A stretch of DNA of 64,000 bases, taken from positions 74,475-138,474 of the forward strand of contig CAYPYS010000002.1 in NCBI GenBank assembly GCA_964415355.1, written 5' to 3'. Both the position numbers and the translations under genes were made by a program. Below the pieces are notes generated by a model, which saw only the letters and a program-made list of their open reading frames with translations, did no database searches and was not told the origin of the DNA. Shown one piece after another: positions 26,218-36,089 of the stretch (position 1 is the first letter of the stretch; every line of letters begins with the position of its first letter). Source of the stretch: an uncultured Planctomycetia bacterium. Lineage in GTDB: Bacteria; Omnitrophota; Gorgyraeia; Gorgyraeales; Gorgyraeaceae.

Positions 26218-27834
26218 TTATCCTATATGTGGTTTTCCGTATAACTCCATTAAGACATTAAGGCTTTCCATGTCCCAGACCCAGAACTTAGCTTCTTTTG
26301 CCAATAGATACGCATTTTCATTTATGCCGCCAAGAGAAATCAATATATTTCTGTTTGTTCTATCTTTGGGTTTTTTCTTTCTTATTTTTTTTACCATTTC
26401 TCTGACGTCATTTTCGCTCACGCATTCTTTTTTAATCGTGCAAAGCCATTTTAGCCTGTTGTTAGCGGCCAGGATATCGGTCGCGTCACAAAAATCACTC
26501 TCTATTTTTTCTACGTTATCAAAAGAAGAAAATTTATGTCTTTTCCCGTTTAATTGTATTACGTCGTTTCTGAACAGCCTGAAGAGCTCCACGATCCTGG
26601 AAGATAGTTCTTTTTCGAATTCCTGCATGAATACATCGAGCTGATTTCTTACTTCTTTTCTAAAAGACTTTTTTTCTAAATCCTCATCTATGCTAAAAGA
26701 CATGATTCTTTTTAGGTATACAGACTTAAGCCAGAAACAAAAGAGTTTGTCCTTAAATCTGTAAAGTGAGCCATTGCGCGCGATTATATCCGTCTCTATC
26801 AGTTTATTCAGCAATCTGGATACGTGGCGGGCCTGCATCTTGACCGCCTTGACCATGTCCTGCTGCTTTTTATTTTCTGAGGAAAGGGCTATCAGCACCG
26901 CCGCCGTCTTCGATAATAACTTGCCGTCGGAGATCCTGAACAGGAAGTTCGAGAAATATTGATTTATGATCCCGGTTTTTTTAAACAGTGCCTCCGTAAA
27001 AGCGTTTTCTATCAAATTGGCGTATTCGTCAGGCGGGATCTTTTTTGAGAAGATAGATTTATCTATCTCTTCCGCTATTACCTGCATATAAAAAGGTTTA
27101 TTGCCGGAAAAAGATCCTGCGAAATCAAGATATGCCGCCGGAAAAGCCGTTGCCTTTATGTTGTCCTGAATAAATAACCTGCTTGAGTTGATATCAAGGT
27201 TTGGCACGAATATTTTTTCAAAATTCCCGAATAATAAGGATAGCTGTTCATTTATAATGCGCTGCGATATCGTGCTTCTGGAGCTAAGAAGGATGTACAT
27301 CGTGTCTTTTTGTATCATGATCTTTTTGGCAAGCGTGCTGAAGATGTGTTTTAATGTGAAATTATCCAGATTCTGGAATTCATCCAGGATGAACACGCAG
27401 CGTCTTTTTGTTTCCTCATATATAGCGGCCGGGATGTCCAGCATAAAAGAATAGGCCTCGTCGAATCTGCCTTTTTCGATATCACGTAATACCCTTTCGC
27501 AGGTTTGTGCTGTTTTGGGGTAGACCCTCTTGACGTCTTCGATCAGGAGCACGGTGTCCACGGTTGACAGAAAAGGGTATGTGCTTATGAGTTGAAAAAG
27601 AGCGGATTTTATAAACCTCTTTGCACAGAACTCAAACGGCTCTATCTTAACCTCGAGATATATCGGTATGATGTGTTCCTTTTTTATCTCGTTCGAAGAT
27701 AATAAATCTTTTATAAGAGAAGTCTTTCCGATCCATTGTTCTCCGATAATGGCTATGTTTTGCCTGTATCCTTCCGTGAAAGAATTAACCCGGCGAACCA
27801 GGGTATTTACTATGTCTGATCTTAGATGAGTCAT
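26218..27834 (-). CDS. AAA+ ATPase (Arch_ATPase/COG1672-like) with extended C-terminal region
   Basis: Walker A GEQWIGKTS and Walker B FILDEFQ. 538 aa. Confidence 0.55.
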   Translation of the reverse strand: MTHLRSDIVNTLVRRVNSFTEGYRQNIAIIGEQWIGKTSLIKDLLSSNEIKKEHIIPIYLEVKIEPFEFCAKRFIKSALFQLISTYPFLSTVDTVLLIEDVKRVYPKTAQTCERVLRDIEKGRFDEAYSFMLDIPAAIYEETKRRCVFILDEFQNLDNFTLKHIFSTLAKKIMIQKDTMYILLSSRSTISQRIINEQLSLLFGNFEKIFVPNLDINSSRLFIQDNIKATAFPAAYLDFAGSFSGNKPFYMQVIAEEIDKSIFSKKIPPDEYANLIENAFTEALFKKTGIINQYFSNFLFRISDGKLLSKTAAVLIALSSENKKQQDMVKAVKMQARHVSRLLNKLIETDIIARNGSLYRFKDKLFCFWLKSVYLKRIMSFSIDEDLEKKSFRKEVRNQLDVFMQEFEKELSSRIVELFRLFRNDVIQLNGKRHKFSSFDNVEKIESDFCDATDILAANNRLKWLCTIKKECVSENDVREMVKKIRKKKPKDRTNRNILISLGGINENAYLLAKEAKFWVWDMESLNVLMELYGKPHIG

Positions 27835-27840
27835 AATGTG

Positions 27841-28140
27841 TTATTCTCTGTCAAATCCTATAAACTCGCAGGCCTTGGTATCGGCAAATAATATCGTTAG
27901 GTTTTTTTTAAGAGCGAGGGTCAGGCCCATGAGATTGAAGCAGTTTTTTCCGATGATTTCTTTTTTTATGGTATAGCAATGTTCCGGGTTAACGGGTTTG
28001 TATTCTAGCTGGAAGTCCGAAGAACGATTTATCCTTATTCTTATTTCTTCTCCGCAGTCAGAGCACTTGACTGATGCATAAAACGCTTTTTTAGGGTGAT
28101 TACTTATCATGTTTTTTAATATTTTTGTTATGACTTTCAT
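27841..28140 (-). CDS. Small Cys-containing hypothetical protein
   Basis: 99 aa, CSDCGEE...C...C pattern. 6 nt upstream of the ATPase gene. Confidence 0.35.
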   Translation of the reverse strand: MKVITKILKNMISNHPKKAFYASVKCSDCGEEIRIRINRSSDFQLEYKPVNPEHCYTIKKEIIGKNCFNLMGLTLALKKNLTILFADTKACEFIGFDRE

Positions 28141-28158
28141 TTTTTAATCTTGCTAGCT

Positions 28159-28232
28159 TGGAGCGGGTGATGGGAATCGAACCCACGCTGCGAGCTTGGG
28201 AAGCTCGTGTTCTACCATTGAACTACACCCGC
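28159..28232 (-). tRNA. tRNA-Gly (anticodon CCC)
   Basis: Minus-strand GCGGGTGTAGTTCAATGGTAGAACACGAGCTTCCCAAGCTCGCAGCGTGGGTTCGATTCCCATCACCCGCTCCA. Cloverleaf with a TTCCCAA anticodon loop. Encoded CCA. Confidence 0.8.
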
Positions 28233-28242
28233 TATTTACTAT

Positions 28243-29148
28243 TTAAGCGAGAGTCAGCTCTTTGAGTCTGCTACACCTCGCTTCTATGTCTTTATTATCA
28301 AGCTTTAGAAACCTATTTACGCTAAACTCCTCTACGGTAAAAGACGCCATCACTGAACCGTGTAGTAATGCCTTGCGGAGTGACCGGGAATCTGTTTTGT
28401 CCTTATTCGCCAGGTAACCCATGAATCCCCCTGCGAATGTGTCACCGGCTCCTGTAGGATCGCAGACTCTGTTCAGAGGGTATGCCGGCATTATGAGCGA
28501 TACACCGTCTTTATCGAAGAGAATGGCGCCGTATTCGCCTCTTTTTATTATCGCAGACTTCGGGCCCAGCGATAATAGATATTTACCGGCCTTAACTATG
28601 TTCGTCTCTCCGGAGATAAGCTTTGCCTCTGATTCGTTTAAAAAGACAATCGAGGTTTCCTTCATCAGTTTTTCCAGCGATGTTTTTTTGTTTTGGATCC
28701 AATAATTCATGGAATCACAGCCTATGAACTGTTTATTTTTGAAATTTTTAAGGATAAATAATTGCAGGTCAGGGTCTATATTGGCAAGGAAGATAAATTC
28801 GCTATTCATGTATTCCTTGGGTATATTCGGTTTGAAATCAGCAAATACATTCAATTGTGTTTCTATGGTTTTAGCGCAATTCAGGTCGTCTACGTAAGAA
28901 CCTGTCCAGCGAAAGGTCTTGCCCTCTTTTGTTTCCAGGCCGTTTATGTCTACCCCAAAAGACTTTATGAGATCCTTGTGCTTGCCGGGAAAATCTTTTC
29001 CTACAGTGGCTACGAGGTTGACATTCGCGAAAAAGCTTGCGCTGATCGAAAAATATGTCGCTGAACCGCCCAGGATTTCCTCGGATCTTCCTTCCGGAGT
29101 CGTTACTGTGTCCAGAGCCACTGAACCTATTACCAGTATTCGCCCCAT
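28243..29148 (-). CDS. PfkB-family kinase
   Basis: DPTGAGDTFAGGF signature, 301 aa. Immediately upstream of thiC-thiE on the same strand. Confidence 0.7.
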   Translation of the reverse strand: MGRILVIGSVALDTVTTPEGRSEEILGGSATYFSISASFFANVNLVATVGKDFPGKHKDLIKSFGVDINGLETKEGKTFRWTGSYVDDLNCAKTIETQLNVFADFKPNIPKEYMNSEFIFLANIDPDLQLFILKNFKNKQFIGCDSMNYWIQNKKTSLEKLMKETSIVFLNESEAKLISGETNIVKAGKYLLSLGPKSAIIKRGEYGAILFDKDGVSLIMPAYPLNRVCDPTGAGDTFAGGFMGYLANKDKTDSRSLRKALLHGSVMASFTVEEFSVNRFLKLDNKDIEARCSRLKELTLA

Positions 29149-29149
29149 T

Positions 29150-30424
29150 TTAAAAGTGCCTTTCCATGGTTTTTATCGAGCAGAAATCGCTGCACATAGT
29201 ACAGACGTCTTTATTTTTTGGTAAAGCTGATTTCCTGTAATTTAAAGCTTTTAAAGGGTCCATTGATTTCTTTATTTGACCTTTCCAGTTTCTGGTGGAC
29301 CTGTGCTTTGATATCTCGCTGTTCCATTTTAAAGCCCCTGGCAGTCGTTTGGCGATATCAGCGGCGTGCGCAGCGATCCTGGAGGCTATAACACCTTCCT
29401 TTATATCATTTTCGTCGGGTATTCGCAGGTGTTCCGAGGGCGTGACGTAACATAGGAAGTCTGCTCCGTGAAAGGCAGCCAGGGCCCCGCCTATTGCGCC
29501 GACTATATGGTCGTATCCAGGGGCGACATCTGTTACGAGAGGACCTAATACATAAAACGGCGCATTGTCGCACATCTTCTTTTGTATGACGACGTTTGAT
29601 TGTATTTCATCCAGCGGGATATGTCCCGGCCCTTCTATTATTACTTGCACGTTATTTTCTCTCGCCTTTTTCGCCAGCTCCCCGAGCAATATCAGTTCTT
29701 GTATTTGAGGCCTGTCTGTGGAGTCCATGAGCGCGCCGGGTCTCATCCCGTCTCCCAGGCTCAGGACTATGTCGTATTTTTTTGCTATTTTAAGGATATC
29801 GTCATAATGTTCATAGAAAGGATTTTCTTTTTTATTCAACAACATCCATTCGGCTATAAAAGAACCCCCTCTTGAGACTATAGGCATGAGCCTTTTTTTT
29901 CTTTTTAATCGGGAGAGGGTGTTTTGCGTGACCCCGCAATGTAGAGTGAAAAAATCCACACCGTCTGCGGCCTGCCCTTCAAGTGTCTCCATGATGTCGG
30001 CTTTGGTCATGCGGGATATATGTCCTTTTGTCCTGCATGCCTTGACAGCAGTTTGATACACAGGCACTGTGCCTACAGGGACTCGCGAATTCTTTAAAAT
30101 AGCCCGGCGTATCTTTTTTATGTTTCCGCCAGTGCTCAGGTCCATTACGGTGTCAGCGCCATATTGTACCGCTATTTTTAATTTTTTTAATTCAGCGCCT
30201 AACCCCGCCTTGTCTTTCGATGTGCCCAGGTTCGCGTTTACCTTGGTGCGCAGGCCTGTTCCTACCGCGCACGGCTTTATCTTTCTTTTGGAGTTTTTGA
30301 TTATTACCGCACTCCCGTTTCTGACGCGTTTTTTTAAGATATCCGCAGAAACGCCTTCCTGTTTGGCCGCGTGTTTCATCTCAGGAGATATTTTATTGTG
30401 CTTCGCGTATTCTATTTGTGTCAT
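29150..30424 (-). CDS. thiC: Phosphomethylpyrimidine synthase
   Basis: 424 aa, strongly ThiC-like throughout (…VYQTAV…, C-terminal CxxC…C cluster). Confidence 0.9.
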   Translation of the reverse strand: MTQIEYAKHNKISPEMKHAAKQEGVSADILKKRVRNGSAVIIKNSKRKIKPCAVGTGLRTKVNANLGTSKDKAGLGAELKKLKIAVQYGADTVMDLSTGGNIKKIRRAILKNSRVPVGTVPVYQTAVKACRTKGHISRMTKADIMETLEGQAADGVDFFTLHCGVTQNTLSRLKRKKRLMPIVSRGGSFIAEWMLLNKKENPFYEHYDDILKIAKKYDIVLSLGDGMRPGALMDSTDRPQIQELILLGELAKKARENNVQVIIEGPGHIPLDEIQSNVVIQKKMCDNAPFYVLGPLVTDVAPGYDHIVGAIGGALAAFHGADFLCYVTPSEHLRIPDENDIKEGVIASRIAAHAADIAKRLPGALKWNSEISKHRSTRNWKGQIKKSMDPLKALNYRKSALPKNKDVCTMCSDFCSIKTMERHF

Positions 30425-31062
30425 GATAGGTCTTTTATCTTTTTAATTATTTTTTTTGTCGCTTCAAACGGGTCGTCAGAAGAGAGGATAGCCCTTGCGA
30501 CAGCGATTCTTTTAGCACCAGCCGCGATGACTCCTCTTATGTTAGATTCGTCGATACCGCCTATGGCTACAAACGGGATTTTGAGTCTTTGGAACGCGGT
30601 TCTGATCAGATCCAGGCCGACAGGCATGTAGTCAGGCTTTGTCGGCGTCGGGTAAACAGGTCCTACGCTTATATAATCCACGTCTTTTTTTACGCCTTCA
30701 TCTATCTGTGATTCTGAATGAGTCGAAAGGCCTATTATTTTATCTTTACCCAAGATCTTTCTTGCTGCATCTACGGGCATATCGTCCTGTCCCAGATGTA
30801 CGCCATCCGAGTCTAGCGCAAGCGCAGCCTCAACCCTGTCATCTATTATAAAGAGCGCGTCTTTTTCTTTTACTAGAGGTTTTATCCTCTTGCCTGTCTC
30901 CAGGAATTCTTCATCGGTAGCAGTTTTGTCCCTGAGCTGTATTATATCCGCTCCCGCATCCAACGACCTTGATATGACTGATATTATCTCTTTGTCCTTT
31001 AACGCTCTTCTATCCGTTACGAGATATATGCCCGTTTTTTTTAATAATTCTTTTCTCGACAT
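30421..31062 (-). CDS. thiE: Thiamine-phosphate synthase
   Basis: IYLVTD...IIQLRDK...GVHLGQDD...IGLSTH ThiE motifs. ATGA overlap with thiC. Confidence 0.85.
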   Translation of the reverse strand: MSRKELLKKTGIYLVTDRRALKDKEIISVISRSLDAGADIIQLRDKTATDEEFLETGKRIKPLVKEKDALFIIDDRVEAALALDSDGVHLGQDDMPVDAARKILGKDKIIGLSTHSESQIDEGVKKDVDYISVGPVYPTPTKPDYMPVGLDLIRTAFQRLKIPFVAIGGIDESNIRGVIAAGAKRIAVARAILSSDDPFEATKKIIKKIKDLS

Positions 31063-31447
31063 CGTATGTATCGAATCTCAGTTCCCTGTATTTATGGCTC
31101 GTTTTTGCGTCGAGTATCTTGCAGCATTCCTCGAGCACCCTTAGGGATTCTTTGACGCGTTCGAGATTAGACATCAAGATATCATTGAGGCCGCTCCCCT
31201 TGGGTTTTTTGAAATCCTTGTATTTTTCAGTATCTTCTTCTGTATTGCGGGCTCCCAACAGCTTTTTGAAAGTCAGGTTTTTAGAATCGAGCAAGGCCTC
31301 GGTAGTCTTATGTCTTATAAGTTTCAAGGATCTTGTGATACGTCGATCCCTTATGTCAGAGAACCTCGTTATGTCTTCGCAGGCCCTCAGACCTTCCCTG
31401 GCTCGGTTTAAATTAGCGTCTATAATCCGGAATAAATGAGTATTCAT
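31010..31447 (-). CDS. Hypothetical helical protein overlapping the thiE start
   Basis: 145 aa ORF. Overlaps thiE by 53 nt. No motif assigned. Confidence 0.35.
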   Translation of the reverse strand: MNTHLFRIIDANLNRAREGLRACEDITRFSDIRDRRITRSLKLIRHKTTEALLDSKNLTFKKLLGARNTEEDTEKYKDFKKPKGSGLNDILMSNLERVKESLRVLEECCKILDAKTSHKYRELRFDTYDVEKRIIKKNGHISRNG

Positions 31448-31450
31448 ATG

Positions 31451-31489
31451 CCTAAGTTTACACTTTAACGTTGTTGAAATGTAAAGTTA
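31451..31489. repeat. R1 palindromic element
   Basis: ctaagtttacactttaacgttgttgaaatgtaaagttaa. Confidence 0.9.
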
Positions 31490-31497
31490 ACGCGTGA

Positions 31498-31995
31498 TCA
31501 AGAAGATTTTATTTTTTTAATAAGGCCTCTGGTCGAAAATCCTTTGACATAGCGGAGGCTTTTTACTTTTCCTCCGCGGGATATGACAAAATCAGACCCT
31601 ACAATATCTTTTATCTTCCAGTCCCCGCCTTTTACCAGGACGTCGGGTTTTATCCTTTTTATTAAATCAATAGGCGTTAAGTCGTTGAATATGACGACGA
31701 AATCCACGAACGAGAGCGCCGAAAGTACCTTGGCCCTGTTCCCCTGGGAAACAACAGGCCTTTTTTTGCCTTTCAATTTCCTTACAGACTTATCGCTGTT
31801 TAATCCGATTATTAAAATATCCCCTGATGATTTTGCCTTCGACAGATATTCTACGTGCCCTGCGTGCAGGATATCAAAGCAACCATTCGTGAATACAATG
31901 GTTTTGTTTTTGGCCTTAAGTTTTTTTAGCGCCTTTGTCAATCCAGGCAGGGTCTTTATCTTATTACAATGCATCTTCCACGATTTCGCATACAA
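31498..31995 (-). CDS. D-glycero-beta-D-manno-heptose-1-phosphate adenylyltransferase (RfaE domain II / HldE C-terminal-like)
   Basis: [17 protein letters not shown] cytidylyltransferase HxGH motif, 165 aa. Confidence 0.75.
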   Translation of the reverse strand: MYAKSWKMHCNKIKTLPGLTKALKKLKAKNKTIVFTNGCFDILHAGHVEYLSKAKSSGDILIIGLNSDKSVRKLKGKKRPVVSQGNRAKVLSALSFVDFVVIFNDLTPIDLIKRIKPDVLVKGGDWKIKDIVGSDFVISRGGKVKSLRYVKGFSTRGLIKKIKSS

Positions 31996-32533
31996 TGTGA
32001 GCTATGGTAATGTGAGCTTCTTGTATCCGAGGGGTATTGTTAGAAGGTACGTTTATGGAAATATCTGCCATTCGAGAAAGCTCTCCCTTGTATTCTCCGG
32101 CTAAAACAGCGGTTTTCAGCTCCAAGGACCTAGCTTTTTTTATAGCCCTTATGACATTTTTTGACTTGCCGCTGGTTGATATCCCTATAGCCATGTCGCC
32201 TTTTTTCCCTAGGGCCTCTATTTGTCTTTCGAAGATAGAGTCGAAGCCATAATCGTTGCCAAGGGCAGTCAATGTAGATATGTTGCTTGTGAGCGCGATA
32301 CACGGAAGCGCGGCCCTTTCCTTGCGAAATCTGCCTACCAGCTCAGCTGTTATGTGCAGGCTGTCAGAGGCGCTGCCGCCATTTCCGAATACCAGGATTT
32401 TGTTTCCGGATTTCACTGTTGAAATAACTAGATTGGAAAGCGTTTTAATCGCCTCGATCTGGTTTTTGGAAAGGGATTCTTTCACTTTTATGTCTTCTTT
32501 TATTAAATTTTTTATTTTTTCATGTATGTCCAT
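31964..32533 (-). CDS. gmhA: Phosphoheptose isomerase (SIS domain)
   Basis: SIS-domain GNGGSASD...ISTSGKS pattern, 189 aa. Confidence 0.8.
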   Translation of the reverse strand: MDIHEKIKNLIKEDIKVKESLSKNQIEAIKTLSNLVISTVKSGNKILVFGNGGSASDSLHITAELVGRFRKERAALPCIALTSNISTLTALGNDYGFDSIFERQIEALGKKGDMAIGISTSGKSKNVIRAIKKARSLELKTAVLAGEYKGELSRMADISINVPSNNTPRIQEAHITIAHIVCEIVEDAL

Positions 32534-32537
32534 ATGT

Positions 32538-32576
32538 TACCCGCTTTCTAACTTTACACTTTAACGTTGTTGAAAT
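32538..32576. repeat. R1 palindromic element
   Basis: ctaactttacactttaacgttgttgaaatgtaaagttag. Confidence 0.9.
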
Positions 32577-32588
32577 GTAAAGTTAGGA

Positions 32589-33635
32589 TTATCCGAAAAA
32601 GATCTTTGCGATATCATAAAGTTCCATATCAACGGTTTTAAGTTTACTGACAGCCGCTTCCAGGGGCACGTCTATTACTTTATTGCCCTGCAGCGCAGCC
32701 ATTTTTCCGTATTGTTTTTTGAGAACAAGCTCCATTGTCTTGATGCCAAACCTTGTGCCGAGCACTCTATCGAACGCCGTAGGGGTCCCGCCTCTTTGTA
32801 TGTGCCCGAGAACAGTCACTCTTGTCTCGAAACCGGTTCTTTTTTCTATCTCTTCGCCGAGAAGGTGGCCTATGCCTCCGAGGCGCACATGGCCGAACGC
32901 GTCTAGTTTTTCCTCTTGCTTGACCAGCGCGCCTTTTTTAAATTTCGCGCCCTCTGCCACTACTACTATACTGAAGCTTTTTCCGCGGGCGTGACGTTTT
33001 TTCAGGATGCTGCATACCTCGTCCATGTCTATTGGCACCTCTGGTATTAAGATCACGTCAGCACCTCCCGCCATGCCTGATTCTATGGCGATCCAGCCGG
33101 CGTGTCTCCCCATTACCTCTACGACCATGATCCTGTTGTGCGACTCAGCAGTCGTGTGGACCCTGTCTATTGCCTCAGTGGCAATATTGATAGCTGTGTC
33201 AAATCCGAATGTAACATCAGTGCAGGATATGTCATTGTCAATGGTCTTTGGCGCGCCTACTATATTTAACCCTTCCTTGCATAGTTTGGCTGCTACTCCC
33301 AACGTATCTTCTCCTCCAATGGCTATCAAGGCTTCCAGGCCCATCTTTTTAAAGTTTTCTTTTGCTTTTTCTTTGTCCCCGTCTTTTTTATAGGGGTTTG
33401 TCCTGGATGTCCCTAGTATCGTGCCTCCTTTGGGTAAAATGCCTGAGACCGCATCGAGATCCAGGTCCATAGTATTTTTTTCAATCAATCCTTTCCAGCC
33501 ATTTTTAATACCCGTTACTTTATAACCTTCTTTAAGAGCATACCGCACGATCGCTCTTATTACCGGGTTTAAGCCCGGACAATCTCCTCCGCCAGTCAAT
33601 ACGCCGACTTTTTTCATTCCTTGCTCCTCCTTCAT
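32589..33635 (-). CDS. pfkA: 6-phosphofructokinase
   Basis: GVLTGGGDCPGLN, IGGEDTL, MGRHAGW PFK-A signatures. Confidence 0.85.
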   Translation of the reverse strand: MKEEQGMKKVGVLTGGGDCPGLNPVIRAIVRYALKEGYKVTGIKNGWKGLIEKNTMDLDLDAVSGILPKGGTILGTSRTNPYKKDGDKEKAKENFKKMGLEALIAIGGEDTLGVAAKLCKEGLNIVGAPKTIDNDISCTDVTFGFDTAINIATEAIDRVHTTAESHNRIMVVEVMGRHAGWIAIESGMAGGADVILIPEVPIDMDEVCSILKKRHARGKSFSIVVVAEGAKFKKGALVKQEEKLDAFGHVRLGGIGHLLGEEIEKRTGFETRVTVLGHIQRGGTPTAFDRVLGTRFGIKTMELVLKKQYGKMAALQGNKVIDVPLEAAVSKLKTVDMELYDIAKIFFG

Positions 33636-34243
33636 TTACCGTATTCGATTTCGCCTTTGAAACCGCCAGGTTCGGGTTGTTTCGTTATATCTTTCTTTTT
33701 TTCAGCTTTTTTGCTTCTCTCCGTTACTTTTACTACGTGGATTTTCACCGCAACGGTTTCTTCTATGCCTAACATTTCCTGCAAGCGGTATTTTATCGCG
33801 TTTTGTATTTTTTCAGTGATCTCAGGTATATTAGCATCTGAATACAAGACTGCCTTTGAAACGACCTCGATGCCTGCCCTGCCCGCAGATATATTCGATC
33901 TCATGTCTTTTATTTCTGCCATATTTTGCGTCAATTTTTTTATGTAATCTTCTATTGCACCGAGCGATATAGTTACCTGGCCATCCGGATTTTCAAAGGC
34001 AATGGTCTTGCGCCTCCGGAGTTTTCCTATGGAAAGCTGGGCAATGGATATATTTATAAGGATCAGAAACAGGCCTGCCAGGGCCATGGCCAGCCTTGCG
34101 TTGTTTGTTTGCGAAAAATAGCTGATAATATTGATTATTGAATCAAGAGACTCTGTCCGGAGAGAGAGCGCGACAAGAAAACCCCCTATTATCGAGAATA
34201 TCAGGGTATAAATAAAAATAGCTACTATGCCGAAGATCTTCAT
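33632..34243 (-). CDS. Membrane-anchored Asp23/Gls24-like (alkaline-shock family) protein
   Basis: N-terminal TM helices, then an Asp23-like region. Position after accBC mirrors accB-accC-yqhY synteny. Confidence 0.45.
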   Translation of the reverse strand: MKIFGIVAIFIYTLIFSIIGGFLVALSLRTESLDSIINIISYFSQTNNARLAMALAGLFLILINISIAQLSIGKLRRRKTIAFENPDGQVTISLGAIEDYIKKLTQNMAEIKDMRSNISAGRAGIEVVSKAVLYSDANIPEITEKIQNAIKYRLQEMLGIEETVAVKIHVVKVTERSKKAEKKKDITKQPEPGGFKGEIEYGK

Positions 34244-34259
34244 ATATGGGCCTCCGTCT

Positions 34260-35606
34260 TTATTCGCTCCCGGACATTTTATCCACGTAATCAGTCGTGA
34301 AGTCTCCTCGCAGGAAGAGCATGTCGTTCATGACGTGTTTGTGGAAAGGTATGGTTGTTTTTATCGGCTCTATTAGGAGCTCGTCTAGAGAGCGCCTCAT
34401 GATCTTGATCGCCTCTTGCCTGTTCCTGCCATAAGAAATAAGCTTCGCTATCATAGAGTCGTAATAAGGCGGTATCGAATAACCGGAATATGCGTGCGAG
34501 TCTACTCTTATGCCAGGCCCGCCCGGCGCAATGAACATGTCTATCTTGCCGGGATTTGGCATGAAATCTTTTTCTGTGTTCTCAGCGTTTATTCTACACT
34601 CAATGGCAGCGCCTTTTATCTTTATGTCGTCTTGCTTGTAGGAAAGTTTTTTTCCGGACGCGATCTTTATCTGTTCTTTTACAAGGTCTATTCCTGTCAC
34701 CATCTCTGTCACAGGGTGCTCTACCTGAATGCGCGTATTTACTTCCAGGAAGTAGAAATGGTTATACCTGTCGAGAAGAAATTCTACTGTGCCGGCATTT
34801 ACATAATTGCATGCCTTGCCCACTTTTACTGCCATCTCGCCCACTTTCTTTCTTAATTTTGAATCTATGGCAGACGACGGAGACTCTTCTATTAATTTTT
34901 GATGCCGTCTTTGTATGGTGCAGTCTCTTTCGCCAAGATGAATTATATGGCCTGACCTATCCGCCAGCAGCTGCACTTCTATATGCCTGGGCCTTTCTAT
35001 GTATTTTTCAATATACACGTTTGAATTTCCAAAAGCTGCTTCTGCCTCTTGCTGCGCTGTCATGAATGAGCTTACGAGCCGCACGTCATTATGGCAGACT
35101 CTCATTCCTTTGCCGCCGCCACCCGCAGAAGCCTTGATTATTACGGGGTATTTTAATTTTTTTGCGACCTTGAGGGCTTCTTCCTTGGTCTTTATTATGT
35201 TGTTGCTTCCCGGGATCACAGGTATGCCTATCTTTTGCATCATTTGACGGGCAGTCATCTTGTCGCCCAAAAGCCTCATAGTCTCCGGCGTAGGCCCTAT
35301 AAAAGTAATGTCGCAGGATTCGCATATTTCCGCGAAGTGGGCATTTTCTGCCTGGAAGCCGTAGCCGGGATGTATAGCGTCTACGTCGGTGATCTCGGCC
35401 GCGCTGATTATAGCCGGTATGTTCAGATAACTTTCAGAGGGGCGGCTGGACCCTATGCAGACAGCTTCATCTGCTAATCTCGCGTGCAGGGATTGCGCGT
35501 CAGATTCCGAATACACGGCGACTGTCTTAACGCCCATCTCTTTACATGCGCGTATTATCCTGACAGCAACCTCTCCTCGATTCGCGATTAATATCTTAGA
35601 AAACAT
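34260..35606 (-). CDS. accC: Acetyl-CoA carboxylase biotin carboxylase subunit
   Basis: MFSKILIANRGEVAVRIIRAC ... ATP-grasp motifs, 448 aa. Confidence 0.9.
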   Translation of the reverse strand: MFSKILIANRGEVAVRIIRACKEMGVKTVAVYSESDAQSLHARLADEAVCIGSSRPSESYLNIPAIISAAEITDVDAIHPGYGFQAENAHFAEICESCDITFIGPTPETMRLLGDKMTARQMMQKIGIPVIPGSNNIIKTKEEALKVAKKLKYPVIIKASAGGGGKGMRVCHNDVRLVSSFMTAQQEAEAAFGNSNVYIEKYIERPRHIEVQLLADRSGHIIHLGERDCTIQRRHQKLIEESPSSAIDSKLRKKVGEMAVKVGKACNYVNAGTVEFLLDRYNHFYFLEVNTRIQVEHPVTEMVTGIDLVKEQIKIASGKKLSYKQDDIKIKGAAIECRINAENTEKDFMPNPGKIDMFIAPGGPGIRVDSHAYSGYSIPPYYDSMIAKLISYGRNRQEAIKIMRRSLDELLIEPIKTTIPFHKHVMNDMLFLRGDFTTDYVDKMSGSE

Positions 35607-35611
35607 AAAGG

Positions 35612-36070
35612 TTATAACGGTTCTAACATGAACAGCGCTTGGCCGTACTCTACGGGATTGGCATTTTCTACCAGGATCTCGACTACCTTACCTTTAACCT
35701 CGGATTTTATCTCGTTCATAAGCTTCATTGCTTCGACTATACATACTACCTGGCCGACTTCCACTATCTGTCCGATTTCCGCATATGGTTTTGAGTCCGG
35801 CGAAGGCGTTCTATAAAAAGTACCCACCATGGGAGCTTTTATCGATATCAAGGTTTTTTCAGGGCCTTGTTCTTTTTTTGCCGGACCTGCGTGATCCGTC
35901 CTTATTATTTGGGCTGTCCTTTGCGTATCAGGCCCTTCAGTTATGGCCTCGAAGTTCCCTGAGGCTGATTTCCTTATCCTTATTTTGGTGCCTTCTCGTT
36001 CGACCTCCAGCTCCATAAGATTGTTTTCGTTCATCAGATTAATAAGCTCTTTTATCTCTTTTAGATTCAT
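35612..36070 (-). CDS. accB: Biotin carboxyl carrier protein
   Basis: C-terminal biotinyl domain EAMKLMNEI. Confidence 0.85.
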   Translation of the reverse strand: MNLKEIKELINLMNENNLMELEVEREGTKIRIRKSASGNFEAITEGPDTQRTAQIIRTDHAGPAKKEQGPEKTLISIKAPMVGTFYRTPSPDSKPYAEIGQIVEVGQVVCIVEAMKLMNEIKSEVKGKVVEILVENANPVEYGQALFMLEPL

Positions 36071-36089
36071 ATTCCGCTCCTTATCTTAG

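Noticed and set aside
31010-31447. Assigning 31010-31447 as a ThiE N-terminal regulatory domain
   Set aside because: The association with thiE is only positional (53-nt overlap). No motif could be matched from memory, so it is left as hypothetical.
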